From contig OX337233.1 of the NCBI GenBank assembly GCA_946965045.2, positions 2,418,001-2,482,000 on the forward strand: 64,000 bases of DNA, written 5' to 3'. The notes under the pieces are model-generated. The model worked only from the letters and a program-made list of their open reading frames with translations. It had not been told where the DNA came from and ran no database searches. The position numbers and the translations under genes were made by a program. Below are positions 12,195-24,514 of this stretch, piece after piece (position 1 is the stretch's first letter; each line of letters opens with the position of its first letter). The stretch comes from Epithemia pelagica. Lineage: Eukaryota; Protista; Bacillariophyta.

Positions 12195-15100
12195 CTATTT
12201 TGTTTGCAGTGACCCTGCACTGCTTAGATCATGTGTGATAGGTCTTGCGAAAAGAAGATGACGTTCAGGTTGGTTCTTCTTGTTTGCGATAATTCGCGAT
12301 ATATCGGATGCCATCATCAGCACTACATCAACACCATCCACGGCAAGAAGACGATCCCCAGGTTTGACGGCATCGCTCAGGACACTAGATGATTTCACGT
12401 TCGTTACAATTGGGATCCCGTCGGTGTTTGTATCTAATATAAGACCGAGAACGCCAGGTGGTGCAAAGACCTCAAATTGCTCCCCCGCGACGTATTGGGC
12501 TTCCAATGTATCATCGTCTCTTGATACAAGTGGGTTTGATTTCATTGATACATCAGACTCTGAAACGCTCGAACAGGAGTATGCTTTGGGGTTCGGGGGC
12601 TTCTGGTAGTCATAGTCAAGACTGAAGGAATCGTTCGTCGATGTCTCCTGTGGTTCTTCCTCAGTTATAGAGCCCACAATTGGTGGGTCACCCAGAGTAC
12701 TGATTTCGTAACATGCCTCAAGTCCGATTTCAGAAATGGCTTCGTGGTCATGAAGATCTTGCACACGACTGTCGTCCACAAGACCTGGAATCCTGTTTCC
12801 TCCGTTATTGCGTCTTCCCACGATGCGTACAAAAACAAAAATCGCAGTCAGAATAGCACCAGCTGCTAGAGCAGCGACCAAACCCGCAACTAGCACAGCT
12901 CCTTGTGCTCCTGAGGTCTCACTGACAGCGGCGGGAGTCTGCAATTGCGAACTAGAGGGTGTCGCGAGCCTAAAGTCAGAAGCATTCATCCATAACGGGC
13001 ATTCACCTGATAGTCGAACGGCGGATAGGAATATTTCTTCTTCATCCTCAGAGTTGAAGCCCCCGGTGACGTATGCTTCCAGGTTGTGTTGCTGAACTGA
13101 GGATCTGAGTTTGACTTCGACGTCGAAGACATACAATAGAGTAGATTCGGATTCGAGGTATTCTTTTTTGGCATTTTGTATGAGAACCTCGAGCGACTCA
13201 ACGGGTACGACAGCATCACGAATTGCACCGTCAATTTTTCCTACCAAGAGGAAAAGGACGTACAAGTCACAGTCATTATCAATATCAACCAAGGATAATT
13301 GTCGAGAAGAACCATTTGCAGGGCTCGTTGCTCCAGTAATAGAAGCACGGTAGTTTGTACCGGTAAGGATTTGTTCCGGGTATTGGAACTGGGGAGTTGG
13401 CTCTACGGTCGGACTTCTGGTCGGTACTGCAGTGGGATCTTCTGAAGGAGCCGCAGTCGATCCACCATTTGACCAGTGAAATTCCTTAAGCGAGGGAGTT
13501 TGGGATGGAGCATTGGTTGCAGTTCCTCCTCGAGTACCAGGACTAGAGGTTGGGCTTGGAGGTGAAGCAGAAGTGGGTGATGAAGATGCCGTAATAACCG
13601 GAGCAGGAGTTGGACTGCGGGTTGGGGAAGATGATGGTGTGGATGTTGGATTCCTTGTCGGTGGAGGAGTTGGATTCCTTGTAGGCGGCGGAGTTGGATT
13701 CCTTGTTGGCGACGCAGATGGGGACCTGGTAGGACTAGCAGTAGGGGATGGCGATGGTCGTGGTGTCGGGGGAGGAGTTGGACTGTTCACGGGCGCCGCA
13801 GTCGGATTCCTTGTAGGCGACGAGGTCGGGAATGGCGTTGGGTTTGGAGTAGGATTCGGTGTTGGCTGTCGTGTCGGGTTTGGAGTGGGATTCGGCGTTG
13901 GCTGTCGTGTCGGGTTTGGCGTTGGCAGCGGGGTAGGATTCCGGGTAGGTGATGTGGACGGACTGGAAGAAGGACTGATCGTAGGCGCGGGTGAAGGTGG
14001 CGGGGACGGCGAAACAGTGGGGTTTGATGTCGTTGGAACTTCAACTTGAGATCCTGTTGGTGCTGAAGATGGTGGAGTTGTCGGAGAGCGTGTTGTTGGA
14101 CTTGCGGATGGACGTGCCGATGGTGAGCTTGTTGGAGAATGTGTAGGTCGGAAGGAAGGCGAACGAGATGGCACATCCGTAGGGCTGGATGTAGTTGGAC
14201 GACTGGTTGGATCTGGAGTTGGACTCCGTGTGGGTCCGGAAGATGGCGCATCCGATGGGATAGGCGTTGGCGGAACAGAGGGTGTTCTCGTCGGTGATCT
14301 GATGGGAGAAGCCGATGGAGTTGAACTGGGTGAAGACGTTGGGCGCATTGTTGGGCTTTGTGAAGGGGCATTGGTGGGAGGAGGAGTGGGCGGGAGTGTT
14401 GGCTGAGGGGTTGGGTTTCTGGAGGGAGATGTTGTTGGTCCAGGCGAAGGAGCCTGAGTAGGACCTGGAGTCGGGTTTCTGGAGGGAGATGTTGTTGGTC
14501 CAGGCGAAGGAGCTTGGGTAGGACCAGGAGTCGGTCGTCTCGTCGGTGTCAAAGATGGTGACACTGTTGGTGATGGGTTTGGAGCAATGGTTGGGTTTCG
14601 TGTTGGTGGTGGCGATGGCGCCACAGTTGGCAAAATTGGGCTGGGTGTTGGTTGCACCGTGGGAGATGGAGACGGGGGTGGTGTAGGACTCCTAGTAGGA
14701 GCGCTGGTGGGTGCGGGAAACGGAGCATTGGTCGGAGCATCTGTTGTATTTTTGAGTAGTCTTATGAACTGGAAGGAATATGCAATTCCATTTCCTGTAC
14801 TTCCCTCGTCACGTACTGTTTCCATAGAGGTCGCTTCAGGTTGACTTCCCCTTTTGGATGTGGACGCAGGTGCGAGGCCATGCTCAAGTGCCAGTGGAGC
14901 TAATTCCTCATTTAATGAAACGTGGCCTGATGATTGGGATTGTAACCTTTGCGTGGTTTGATGCTTTTGCAATGCTTGGAGATGTGGTGTTGGAGACCCT
15001 GGAAACTCGTCCAAGGAATGTCTTTGTTGGTGTTCCAATTGTTGTCCGTTGTGTACTTGGGAGAACCCAGCTTCGGAGCGCATCTTTGCTGAAACAGAGA

Positions 15101-15338
15101 GGGATAGCCAGCTCACAGTGACGAACAGAACATGGAGGGATAATCTGCGGGGATGATGACCACGTGGACTGCGTTTGGGGTGTTTGCCGGACCTGGCATG
15201 GAGAACATGGTGGGCCCTTTGCTCTTCAAAGTTGTCGTACTTTTCTTCAAGACAAGGATTCCCCATGTCCCAATGCATCGTTCTCGTGTGGTATCTGTCG
15301 AGGTGCTTTCCAACGGAGAGAGAGAGGGGCACACTCAA
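12195..15338 (-). CDS. Mucin-like Pro/Thr/Ser-repeat cell-surface protein with TM helix and C-terminal PDZ domain
   Basis: 1047-aa ORF: hydrophobic N-terminal segment, ~400 aa of PTxxPT repeats, a globular region, TM (AVLVAGLVAALAAGAILTAIFVFV), then PDZ (APPGVLGLILDT...GDRLLAVDGVDV). True start may be a downstream Met. Confidence 0.8.
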   Translation of the reverse strand: MSVPLSLSVGKHLDRYHTRTMHWDMGNPCLEEKYDNFEEQRAHHVLHARSGKHPKRSPRGHHPRRLSLHVLFVTVSWLSLSVSAKMRSEAGFSQVHNGQQLEHQQRHSLDEFPGSPTPHLQALQKHQTTQRLQSQSSGHVSLNEELAPLALEHGLAPASTSKRGSQPEATSMETVRDEGSTGNGIAYSFQFIRLLKNTTDAPTNAPFPAPTSAPTRSPTPPPSPSPTVQPTPSPILPTVAPSPPPTRNPTIAPNPSPTVSPSLTPTRRPTPGPTQAPSPGPTTSPSRNPTPGPTQAPSPGPTTSPSRNPTPQPTLPPTPPPTNAPSQSPTMRPTSSPSSTPSASPIRSPTRTPSVPPTPIPSDAPSSGPTRSPTPDPTSRPTTSSPTDVPSRSPSFRPTHSPTSSPSARPSASPTTRSPTTPPSSAPTGSQVEVPTTSNPTVSPSPPPSPAPTISPSSSPSTSPTRNPTPLPTPNPTRQPTPNPTPNPTRQPTPNPTPNPTPFPTSSPTRNPTAAPVNSPTPPPTPRPSPSPTASPTRSPSASPTRNPTPPPTRNPTPPPTRNPTSTPSSSPTRSPTPAPVITASSSPTSASPPSPTSSPGTRGGTATNAPSQTPSLKEFHWSNGGSTAAPSEDPTAVPTRSPTVEPTPQFQYPEQILTGTNYRASITGATSPANGSSRQLSLVDIDNDCDLYVLFLLVGKIDGAIRDAVVPVESLEVLIQNAKKEYLESESTLLYVFDVEVKLRSSVQQHNLEAYVTGGFNSEDEEEIFLSAVRLSGECPLWMNASDFRLATPSSSQLQTPAAVSETSGAQGAVLVAGLVAALAAGAILTAIFVFVRIVGRRNNGGNRIPGLVDDSRVQDLHDHEAISEIGLEACYEISTLGDPPIVGSITEEEPQETSTNDSFSLDYDYQKPPNPKAYSCSSVSESDVSMKSNPLVSRDDDTLEAQYVAGEQFEVFAPPGVLGLILDTNTDGIPIVTNVKSSSVLSDAVKPGDRLLAVDGVDVVLMMASDISRIIANKKNQPERHLLFARPITHDLSSAGSLQTK
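13510..14740. repeat. Coding tandem repeats (PTRNPT/PTxSPT), including two near-identical 60-bp units at ~14407-14526
   Basis: Directly visible direct repeats, e.g. gggtttctggagggagatgttgttggtccaggcgaaggagc twice. Confidence 0.85.
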
Positions 15339-16455
15339 TGATCGTTCCGAGTGGATTGTTCCTGGAAAACGAGTGAATGAATGTGGCTTTCCAAAGCCAG
15401 AACACTATAGTTATTGTCCAGTTCCGTGTTCCCTCGTTTCGCGCCTTGTTTATGATTGCACCGACCCTCTTTGTGTATCGTTGTCTTACGACTACCATAC
15501 ATCAAATAATGTACCCAAAGGCACCAACAAGCAACAGGCAAAAGACAAGAGCAACGCCCGCGTTCAGATTTGACTTTGGGTTTGCACATGTACGACTGCC
15601 ACCATCCATTAAATGATGTTAGTAAGAGTTGGGGGATCTGGGGTCTGGGGCGATGCTGGCTCGTTGCTCTATGTCACATGCCGAGTCGCCTGGCACGGCT
15701 GGTCCTATGTCTTCCTATGTGACAAAAAATTTGGTAGGACCAAAACTGGGTCACGGAAAAACCGCGATCTCACCCGTTCGCTTGAGATTCCAGGAACAAG
15801 AAGCACCACGCACCGTTGCTCCATGCAACCACGTGTCCATGTCCCCCAGGAGCAATGCGTTCTCATGGTGTGAGAGACGGAATTGGAAGGAGAGATGGAG
15901 GAGAACTTTACTCGGGTCCCATCAAGTTTGTCGGTACGTGAACAATGACAAGAATCGACATGCATGACATTGGATAAGGAAGCACAGTCGGAATGCCAAA
16001 AGGAACCTTGCGGCCGCTGACGAATGTCTATGGATGGATCATCAATCCATGGATGGAGCGCGACTGGACGGATGTGGACGCCTCGAAGCAAGAGACACGC
16101 TGTTTGCTCCATCATTGGTTTGCGGTCGAGTGGGCTATACCCACCTCATGAAGAACAAGCATGCTGCCAAACCTACGGTCGTAGCGAACAGGCTACGAAT
16201 GTGACGTGCTTCCGAACTTTTGGAATGGGGTACATATCCAGCGTCCTTGCATGATCTCTCTGCAGAACGGTTAGCTGTGCATGAAAACGTGCTGATATGT
16301 TTTTCTTTACGAGATGGATGCCCAATTTCATGACTTGGATGTGTCGCTGGGTTTCCAGTTCCCTTCCGTACAGCCTAGTTTCCCCGATCTAGAATTGCTC
16401 CCACCACCCTTGGCTGCTGCCTGCATTATTTGTTGCGCGATGGAAAAAGCGCAGT

Positions 16456-18783
16456 CTAGGTTCGGCAACAATCACACGTGACCTCTCGCGATGAATATGT
16501 GACTCGCATAAGTTTGGGGAGTTGACAGAGAACATTGATACTTCCCGTCTGCTCCGTGTCCACCATATTCACCGACACTGCAACCGCACACACAAGGAAT
16601 AATGAGAGCGGCACAACAACACGTGGTGAGAGACCAAGGGTTCGAGGACCAAACTGTCCAACAAGTGGCGCTTTGGCCATGACCCGTACCGAGTTTGGTG
16701 AGATTGGCAATTTGCAACGGCAGCGTTCCACTGATTTCGGTATTGGACTAAAGACACACACACACCAAAACGAGCAGTGTGAGAATGAAACCTAGACCAA
16801 CACACGACAGAAATGTTCCTGCCTCCAACAGGAGGATGAGGAGGATGATGCAACGTACAAATACCAAGTAGGTCATTTGGTTCAAGAGTCCAATTTCCGT
16901 GGGCAAGGTTCCGGAAATAGTGGTTTGTGCAAAAATCAAGTATTCGAGATTGGTCAAACGACCAATTTCGGTGGGAAGGGTCCCTCGAATTCCACTCCCA
17001 TAGAGACCCAAATGTTCTAGGTACACGGCACCATTCATTCATTCCAACAGTGTAGTGTGAGTCAGTGCGAGTGGTTGGATGTGGTCCGTACTTGCAGTAG
17101 TCGGATCCGTATAGTTCGACACGACGGTTTTGAGCACGTACCGAGTTTGGTCAATTGTCCAATGTGCGTGGACAATGTGGCATTTTGCAAGGCATTACTC
17201 CCAATCGACAAATATTCCAAATTGGTCAAGTCAAAGAGTTCGGGAGGAAAGGTTCCCGAAAGACTGGTCGATCCCAGTTCGATACGTTGGAGGGTGGGAG
17301 CCAGATTTTGGGCAATTTCCGGAGGAATGGTCCCGTCAAACGCATTGTTCGAGGCGGCCAATTGCACCAGGTTGGGCCACGATTCGGTGGCGAGTTGGAG
17401 CAAGGGTCCCGACAGGTTGGCATTGTTGCGAATCCGAAAATATCGAAGCTCTTTCAATTGGGCCAAGGCTTGCAGAGGCAAGGGTCCCGTCAATCGATTA
17501 TTGTCCACGATAAAGGACTGCAACTTGGTCAATGCCCCCACATGAGAGGTGAGGGGACCCCAAAACGAATTGGAATCGAGATTCAAGTATTCTGTCCACA
17601 GAACCAAAAACAACACGCTCCAAAACGCAAGTGAGACGAAGTGTTGGTGGAATTATGTTTCATGGCTCGTGTGTGACGTACCAAGATTGGTGAGTTTACC
17701 AAAAGTACTTTTCATGGGCAAGCTTCCTCGCAGATCGTTCCGGCCCAAATCCAAGACTTGCAAATGCGTCCAGAGTCCGACTTCGACGGGAACTTGTCCC
17801 AGCACATTTTGCCCATTCAAATCCAATTGGGTCAATTGACCTTGATCGTTGCACTGGCATCCCAAAAAGTTACACTCCGACACGGTCGTCCATTGCTCTT
17901 CGGGAGGTGGAGCACCAGTCGTCTCGGAGTCTTCGACTTGTTGTTCTTGTTGTTCCACGTCCAGTGTGAGCCATTCCGAACCGCCGCACTGATAATACAA
18001 GACCATGTACGCGTACCGTTGGGCCAATCGCATGGAAAAGACCGCCATTTCCTCGTCGTCGTTGTCATTGTCTGGAGCCTCTCGAGTCGCCGCCGGGGGA
18101 ATGGTCAAGGTGGTATCTTGAAAGACGAGCCATTGCAAGGCTTTGGATTGAGCCGAATTGGGATCGTAAAACAAGTAGGGTTTGGAAGAATTGCCCAATG
18201 CGGTCCGCAACACGACAAATCGATTTCGGTAATGGGCCAATTGCTGGGCCGTTTGTTGTTCCGACGAGTCTCGATTCGTATTCTTGGTCACGACGAGCGT
18301 CACGACCAAGACAAGGATGGACACCATCATGAAACCACCCAGGCCCACGAGGCAACGGCCTGGACGGTGTCCATGGTCCTGCCACGAACAAGCGGTGTGA
18401 CGGCGGCACAAGAGAGTCTGGCACAACCGGTCCACCACGGTCCTCTTGGGTTGGTGGGATCCTTGGGCCGGTTCCACCGCGGCCGATTCGGGTAGTGGTG
18501 GTGATGGTTGCTCGGACGGCGATGGCGACGACGACGACGACGACATGGCCGTCCCACCACCCGATAGCCACGAGGAAACCCACGAGACTAACCAGTTTCT
18601 TGTTGGTGGAGGGTCCAAGTCCAATACCGTGGGATGAGGACGATGGTGATCGGCCAGCGTCACGTCTTCGACCGTTCGAGTCACCTCTGCAAGGGGAACG
18701 TCTTGGTGTCCTTGTCCTTGTCGTTGTGGTAATGTCGCCGTTGCGGTGGAGGTGGAAGCAGCCTCAGTGTCGTCGCGGGACAT
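16456..18783 (-). CDS. Diatom-type membrane-anchored leucine-rich-repeat protein, 5 exons
   Basis: Exons 18783-17682, 17591-17142, 17016-~16857, 16747-16690 and 16577-16456. TM helix, SAQSKALQWL/QRYAYMVLYY cap, plant-type LRRs (LxLxxNxLxGxLP), C-terminal CDCC. Confidence 0.85.
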
Positions 18784-19870
18784 TTTTCGTACCAAAACAC
18801 ACACGAGGAGCCGTGCTGAACCGATGGATCCGCCGACTCCGAGACAATCAGAGACTAGAAAATAAAGCGGTTTTAAAGTGCACGAGAACAATCCACCAGT
18901 GTGTGTGTGTGTGTTTCCTCCGGCCTATCCTCTACCGAATGCTCCTTGGTTGTTTGTGTGTTTGGAGCATGGGACCCATCCTCCTACTCGTAGTTGCTAG
19001 TAGAGAGTGGTACAGGGTCTACAGAAGGAGGCGGTGAGAAGAGACTGTCAAAGCTTATTCTTGGGGATGTGTGTCTCTCATTGGAGTAGGTACCACAACG
19101 ACGAGAGCGAGTCTACGAATTACGACGGACGGGATTATGGCAGTGGAACGAATGGACGGCTTTTGATTGGTAGACTACAAGTTTTCGTTGTTGTGATTGG
19201 TCGAATAGATCGCCCCACGAATAATTTAGCTGTTCAAACTGTAGAGAGAGACAAGAAGCTGGGGTTTTGTGACGACCACATCACAAGCCAACGCCACCAC
19301 ACTGTGGCAACCATCAAACGACGACGACTCTTTGTGCAAGTACGAATAACGAATAGAGGGACACACACACACGCACACGAAACTCGTAGACATGCGACAA
19401 CACACAAACGCCTTTGTCTCCTTGCAAGACCACACGTGGCAACCACACAAGGACGCCGCCCTGGAGCGCTTCCTGGGTGGGTCGGCACGTATTGATCACG
19501 ACGGTCTCTCTTTCTTCCCTGGTGTGTGTGTTTGCACAGCGGTTGTGAGGTTGGTGGTGGTGTGGAGTCGAGAGGAGGAGGCGGCGGCGGCGGATCCCCG
19601 CACTATATATATACAACACACTCTGTGTGTCAAAGAGGCATGAATAAACGGAAACCAAGAAGGACTCTTTCGGCTACGAGTATACTATAGAGGGATACAG
19701 TATCGCAGTCCACCTGTTCCATGATTCTACGAGGGCGAACCGTTCCTGTGGACGTTGGACTCGAACCATGCACTCTACATAGTCTATATATATGGACCAA
19801 ACGACCTCCCAACAAACAATCGCTTGTCTGGAGGCTTTTTCGTTGTCGTTGGCTCTCGCCTCTACGATTA

Positions 19871-22800
19871 TTACAAGAATCGTCGTGTCCCGCGTTCAAC
19901 GGCCCATGTCAAGAGTGTGTCGAGCACCATGAGTCCGAAAATCAATCCGGATAATCCCGTCTGTTGTAGTACCACATTCCGGAGAAGCAGCAACCACCCG
20001 GTTCCATCCATTTCCCCAGGAGTAGTAGTAACAGCCATCCAAGGACGGTCGTCGTCGTCGTGTCCCGTCGTCTCGGCCAGTGTCGTCAATTGCATCAACT
20101 CATTCAGGGGTGGAACTAGTTGGAGGGCGCAACTGGTCAAGACGGCACCACACACTTGCAAACTGCGGTACAGCCAGGTATTGTGCTGTAGCTCTTGGAC
20201 AAAGGGACGACCTTGATAATTGACCCAAAAGGTATTCACCGTGGCCACACACGTGAGCAAAAAGGTGCAGGTATTCAAGACATTGGGATTAAAGGGACCA
20301 TCGGGAACCAAGGAAGGATCGTAGGGATCGACAAACAAACTACAAGCGTGCGTGGCTAGCCAGGTCGTCCCGGCATGGACCAAGAATTGCAAGGCAATGG
20401 AGGTCAATGCCTGGACACTCAACACGGACGATGGTGGTCGTTCCACCGACAAGGTGGGCAAGGGTTCTCCGCGAGTCACCAAGAAAAACAAGCTAGCCAC
20501 GACCATGCCCAAAATGGTCAATTGTCGATCGCCCTGTTTGACTCCGTGCAAAAACAAAGTGCTCAACACCATGGCATTGACCAAACAATTAATGCCCAAA
20601 ATTTTGTAAATCTGAAGCATGGTGACCAAGGTACAACGACCTTGTTGAATCACATCCTTGACGCATTGGATACTCACGGCTCGGGAGGTAAAGGGTGCCG
20701 CCACCGAGGCGTCTCCCAATTCCACCTGATCCAACTCTTGTTGAGCCTCTCGAAGCTGTTCCAACGAGCGCTGCAGGAGTTCGCGTTGTTCCTCTTTTTG
20801 GGGCAGGGTCGTGGAATCACCCTTGGCTTTCTTCTTCTTCTTCTTGTGTTTCGTTTTGGCGCGCGACAAGGTATCCGATGCCTCGCGTTGTTTGGCTTCC
20901 ACGTGGGGGGCACTAAGGATGGAAATACCCACGTGGGCACGTTTCAAGGCTCCCACATCGTTGGTCCCATCACCCACCATGAGGGTTCGAGAACCTCCAT
21001 GATTAAACGCGGCAATGACGGCTTCTTTTTGATGGGGGGCATGTCGGGCAAAGACGGACAAGAGGGGAACCAATTCACTCAAAAGGTCTTGCACGCAAGG
21101 ATGTAGCAAGAGTGCTTTCTCCATGGTCATGGACAACAAGTCCGTTGAAGGAGGAGAAGATCCCAGGACGGATTGCGCCAGTTGAATCAACACATCCCCC
21201 GAAATACTAAAGGCCGCAATTCCGTCGTGTCGCAGTCGTAGGAGCTTGGGAATCTCCTGGCGAGAAAATGGGAGGCGTTCATGGGATTCTCTCGATAGAG
21301 TCACGCATTCAAATTCCAATCGTCGTTGGTGGCTCCTCCGGTTGAATTGCTCCTTCTCGATTGTAGGACTGTGGGGTGACGGTGGTCGCTGTTGAATCTG
21401 GTACACAACCACCTGGTTATTATTAGTACTATTGGTGGTGGTGAACGGGTTGGAGGAGGGCACAATACCCACTTGACGAGCAACCTCCACCGCTGCTCGC
21501 GCCGAATAATAAAAAGAAGAAAGCAAAGTGAGTGTCGGTCCACCATTTTACTAGGAATGATGTTCCAGGAGTAAAAACCATAGAATTACCTGTCAATAGC
21601 GCATCTCCCGTGATCATGACACAATTGTGTTTTGACTTGATCAATTCGGAAATGACCGATTTGGAATCGGGCTTTAAAGGACAATCCAGGACCAGGAATC
21701 CCACAAACTCCAGGTTTCGTTCCACATGTTCCCGACCCTTTTGGACCAGTTGCGGAATAGAAGCGGGGCTGGATGATATCCCAAGCCGTCGAGAGGCCAT
21801 GGCCAGGACGCGTCGTCCGTGAGCCATGTGATGAAAGGCAATCGAGTCATAATTGTCGGGTATCGATTCCGTGGTCAAAAATTCCTTCATGGTTTCGGGG
21901 GCACCTTTGCTCAACGCCCACACACTGTGTTGTCCTTCTTCGGAAGCCAGGACCGTCATGCGTTTGAGTTTGGACGAAAAGGCAAATCGATGGAGAATGG
22001 TCACAGGTTTGCCACCATCATCCGCTGATATAGGAGCTACAACATTGCCTCCGAGTAAACAATACCCTGTCTTGTTCAGCACTGCCTGTTCCAATGGATC
22101 TCCCACAACTACCTGCTTGATCTTGCTGGTCGAACTTGACACTCGACGAGGTCTACCCGTAGGGGTCAGCGAATGGCAAGCAATCATGACACGAATCGTC
22201 TCACGCGGAATACCATCATCTTCCAAGGGTAGTTTGAGCAATGATTCTTCTGTCTGGTCGTTCTCGGTGCTGGGTAAACGGACTCCACGCAAGCGCATCT
22301 CATCACTCGTCAAGGTTCCCGTCTTATCAAAGCAACACACGTTCACTTCCCCTGCCCAGGGTATACGAAAGAGCTCCGAGCAATAGACTTTGCATCGGCG
22401 CACAAGCGCTGCTACACTGTTTGTGACGGCCAAACTGAGTTCCATGGGCAGTTCCGGTGGAACAACGGACGTGACAATGATAATGACATGGAGAAAGAGT
22501 TTGAAGCGATTCCGACGTTCGTCGTACCAGCCCTCCTTCAATACCATGGCTGCCGCTGCCAGTGCACAACAGACCAAAAGAAGAATAAAGACAAACGTGT
22601 CCCATGTATGAATGCTATCTGCCGTACGACTGGAATGTGCCATGGTACGCAACAAATTTCCTTGTGCGGTTTCAAATCCAGTCCGCAGAACCATTCCAGT
22701 CACCCCCCGAGCACCCGGCGGTGGCAAGTCTTCTTCTTCATTACTGGTAGAATCTGCCTCGTTTGCAGTGGCGACGAGAAGCTTCGTGCCACCAAACAAA

Positions 22801-24206
22801 ATGGATTCCTTGTGCAGATTGTCCTGTAGATCTAAACGTTTGGGACCGTTGTCGCCACCGCTTTCCGAAGAATCGGACGTGTCCAATGCTTGTTTCAACT
22901 GGGGTACCGACTCTCCGGTCAGAAGAGCTTCATCACAGACAGCTGAACCTCGGAGAACCACTATATCGGCAGGGACGGGCGTCCCTTCTACGGACCCCAC
23001 CGAAATCGAGACATAATCTCCTGGAACAAGTTCCGTTTTGGGTAAGAGTGTCCAACCATTACTTCGTTTCAATCCTACTGAGATTGACCGCCGAACCCAC
23101 ACTCTTTGGCCAGCGTTCGTATTTCCGGCATGATGCAGTCGTTGTAACGATTGCTGTCTATTGTACGCCAATGTTGACTCAAACATGAGCAATGCACAGA
23201 GAGTGAAGATTGCATAGTACCAATATTCGTCCAGTGACCACAGCAAGACACAGAAAACTTGAAACAGGAAGAAAGGGGCAATAAGTTGTTCCGAGAGCAG
23301 TTCCCAAAAAGATGGAAGTTGTATTAACGTTTCGTTGAGACCGTAGATTGATGAGGCTTTGGTTACATGGTCTATTGATGGATGACCATTCCAACAGGAA
23401 TAAAACTTTAAAGGAAGATTGATCGGGAAAAAGAGAGGACGGAACTTGCTTTGCGACTCATCTTCGACTTTCGTCCTTGTGATTGAGGGTGCGTTCTCAT
23501 CAGCATTCCACAGTGCAATATCCCCATCGGGAAGAAACTTGCGAGGACAATATCTAAATATGTGATCCTGAAAGTTCACATAAGCCCGTTTATCCCTTGT
23601 ATGTTGTACAGCTGCGATCCCACAACGCTCCCCACCACCTGAAGACGACATGGTCGATCGAATAGGCTCAACAAAACAATGCGTCCAGTTTAGTATCTCC
23701 TCTGAATTGAACTCATGTTCATCATTCTTGTCGCGTGTATATCGGTCCTTTTTTCGCCCAACAACACGAAAACCCACTGCAACTTTCAAGCAGACACTCC
23801 ACTGAGCTCCAATAACCAACATTACCTGACAAACAAGAGTCAATGCAAAAGCAGCCGTGACTACACTTTGAGCCATCGCAATATCCTGCTTCGTGATCTT
23901 GCCGGTATCAAGAAGCGCAGTTGCGTTGGTTGCCAGCAAATGATCCGAAAGTACAAAGAAGAAACTTAAGAGGGCAAAAGGACCCACATCGAGACGTCTG
24001 AACGGATCCACTTGAATCAAAGGTGTCAACCGAAAGGTCGAAGTGCTTTCCGGGTCATGATCTTGATCGGCTCTGGTAGTGGACCCTGATCGCTCTTCGA
24101 TGTGGGGTTCCTCGACTAGTGTTTGGGTATCTTCATGGTTCTCCTCGTTTGCTGCAGCTGAAGCAGAAGTGGCCTTAGCTTTGCGGTTTCGCAGGGACGG
24201 TCCCAT
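19871..24206 (-). CDS. ATP13A1: P5A-type P-ATPase (ATP13A1/Spf1 orthologue), 2 exons
   Basis: DEALLTGESVP, PPELPMELS (P5A signature), DKTGTLT phosphorylation site, MITGD, MVGDGTNDVGALK; intron 21589-21493. Confidence 0.93.
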
Positions 24207-24379
24207 GAACCCATACACAGCAATCGAGATCGAGAGTACACAGATGCCTTTGTTGTTGTCCACTGGCGATTGGCGATATGCGTCGGAATGTTGTTTTGTG
24301 TGTAACCGATGGAGAGTAAGGTTACCAATCAACCGTCTGTACTTCGTGCGCGCCCGTCGATAACCCGGTAGTCATCATG

Positions 24380-24500
24380 TACCCCCTAGCAGAGGTGAGT
24401 ACAAGTCGCACATGTGTCGTGTTTTTTGGTTATGAGATACGAAACACGCAAAATAAATCGACTCAAGTGCGACTATAAATCTCGCCCCTACTTGGGGGTA
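24380..24500. mobile_element. 121-bp non-autonomous MITE with AcademH-type TIRs
   Basis: Left end TACCCCCTAGCAGAGGTGAGTACAAGTCGCAC; right end (reverse complement) TACCCCCAAGTAGGGGCGAGATTTATAGTCGCAC. Both align to the termini of 53120-60884. Degenerate 10-bp TSD: agtcatcatg (24370-24379) / agtcaccatg (24508-24517). Confidence 0.75.
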
Positions 24501-24514
24501 AGTCACCAGTCACC

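Noticed and set aside
12280-14844. Several + strand ORFs (Gly/Val-rich)
   Set aside because: Antisense shadows of the Pro/Thr repeat gene.
15613-16254. Short overlapping ORFs, possibly a decayed gene
   Set aside because: No consistent frame, splice pattern or recognisable motif.
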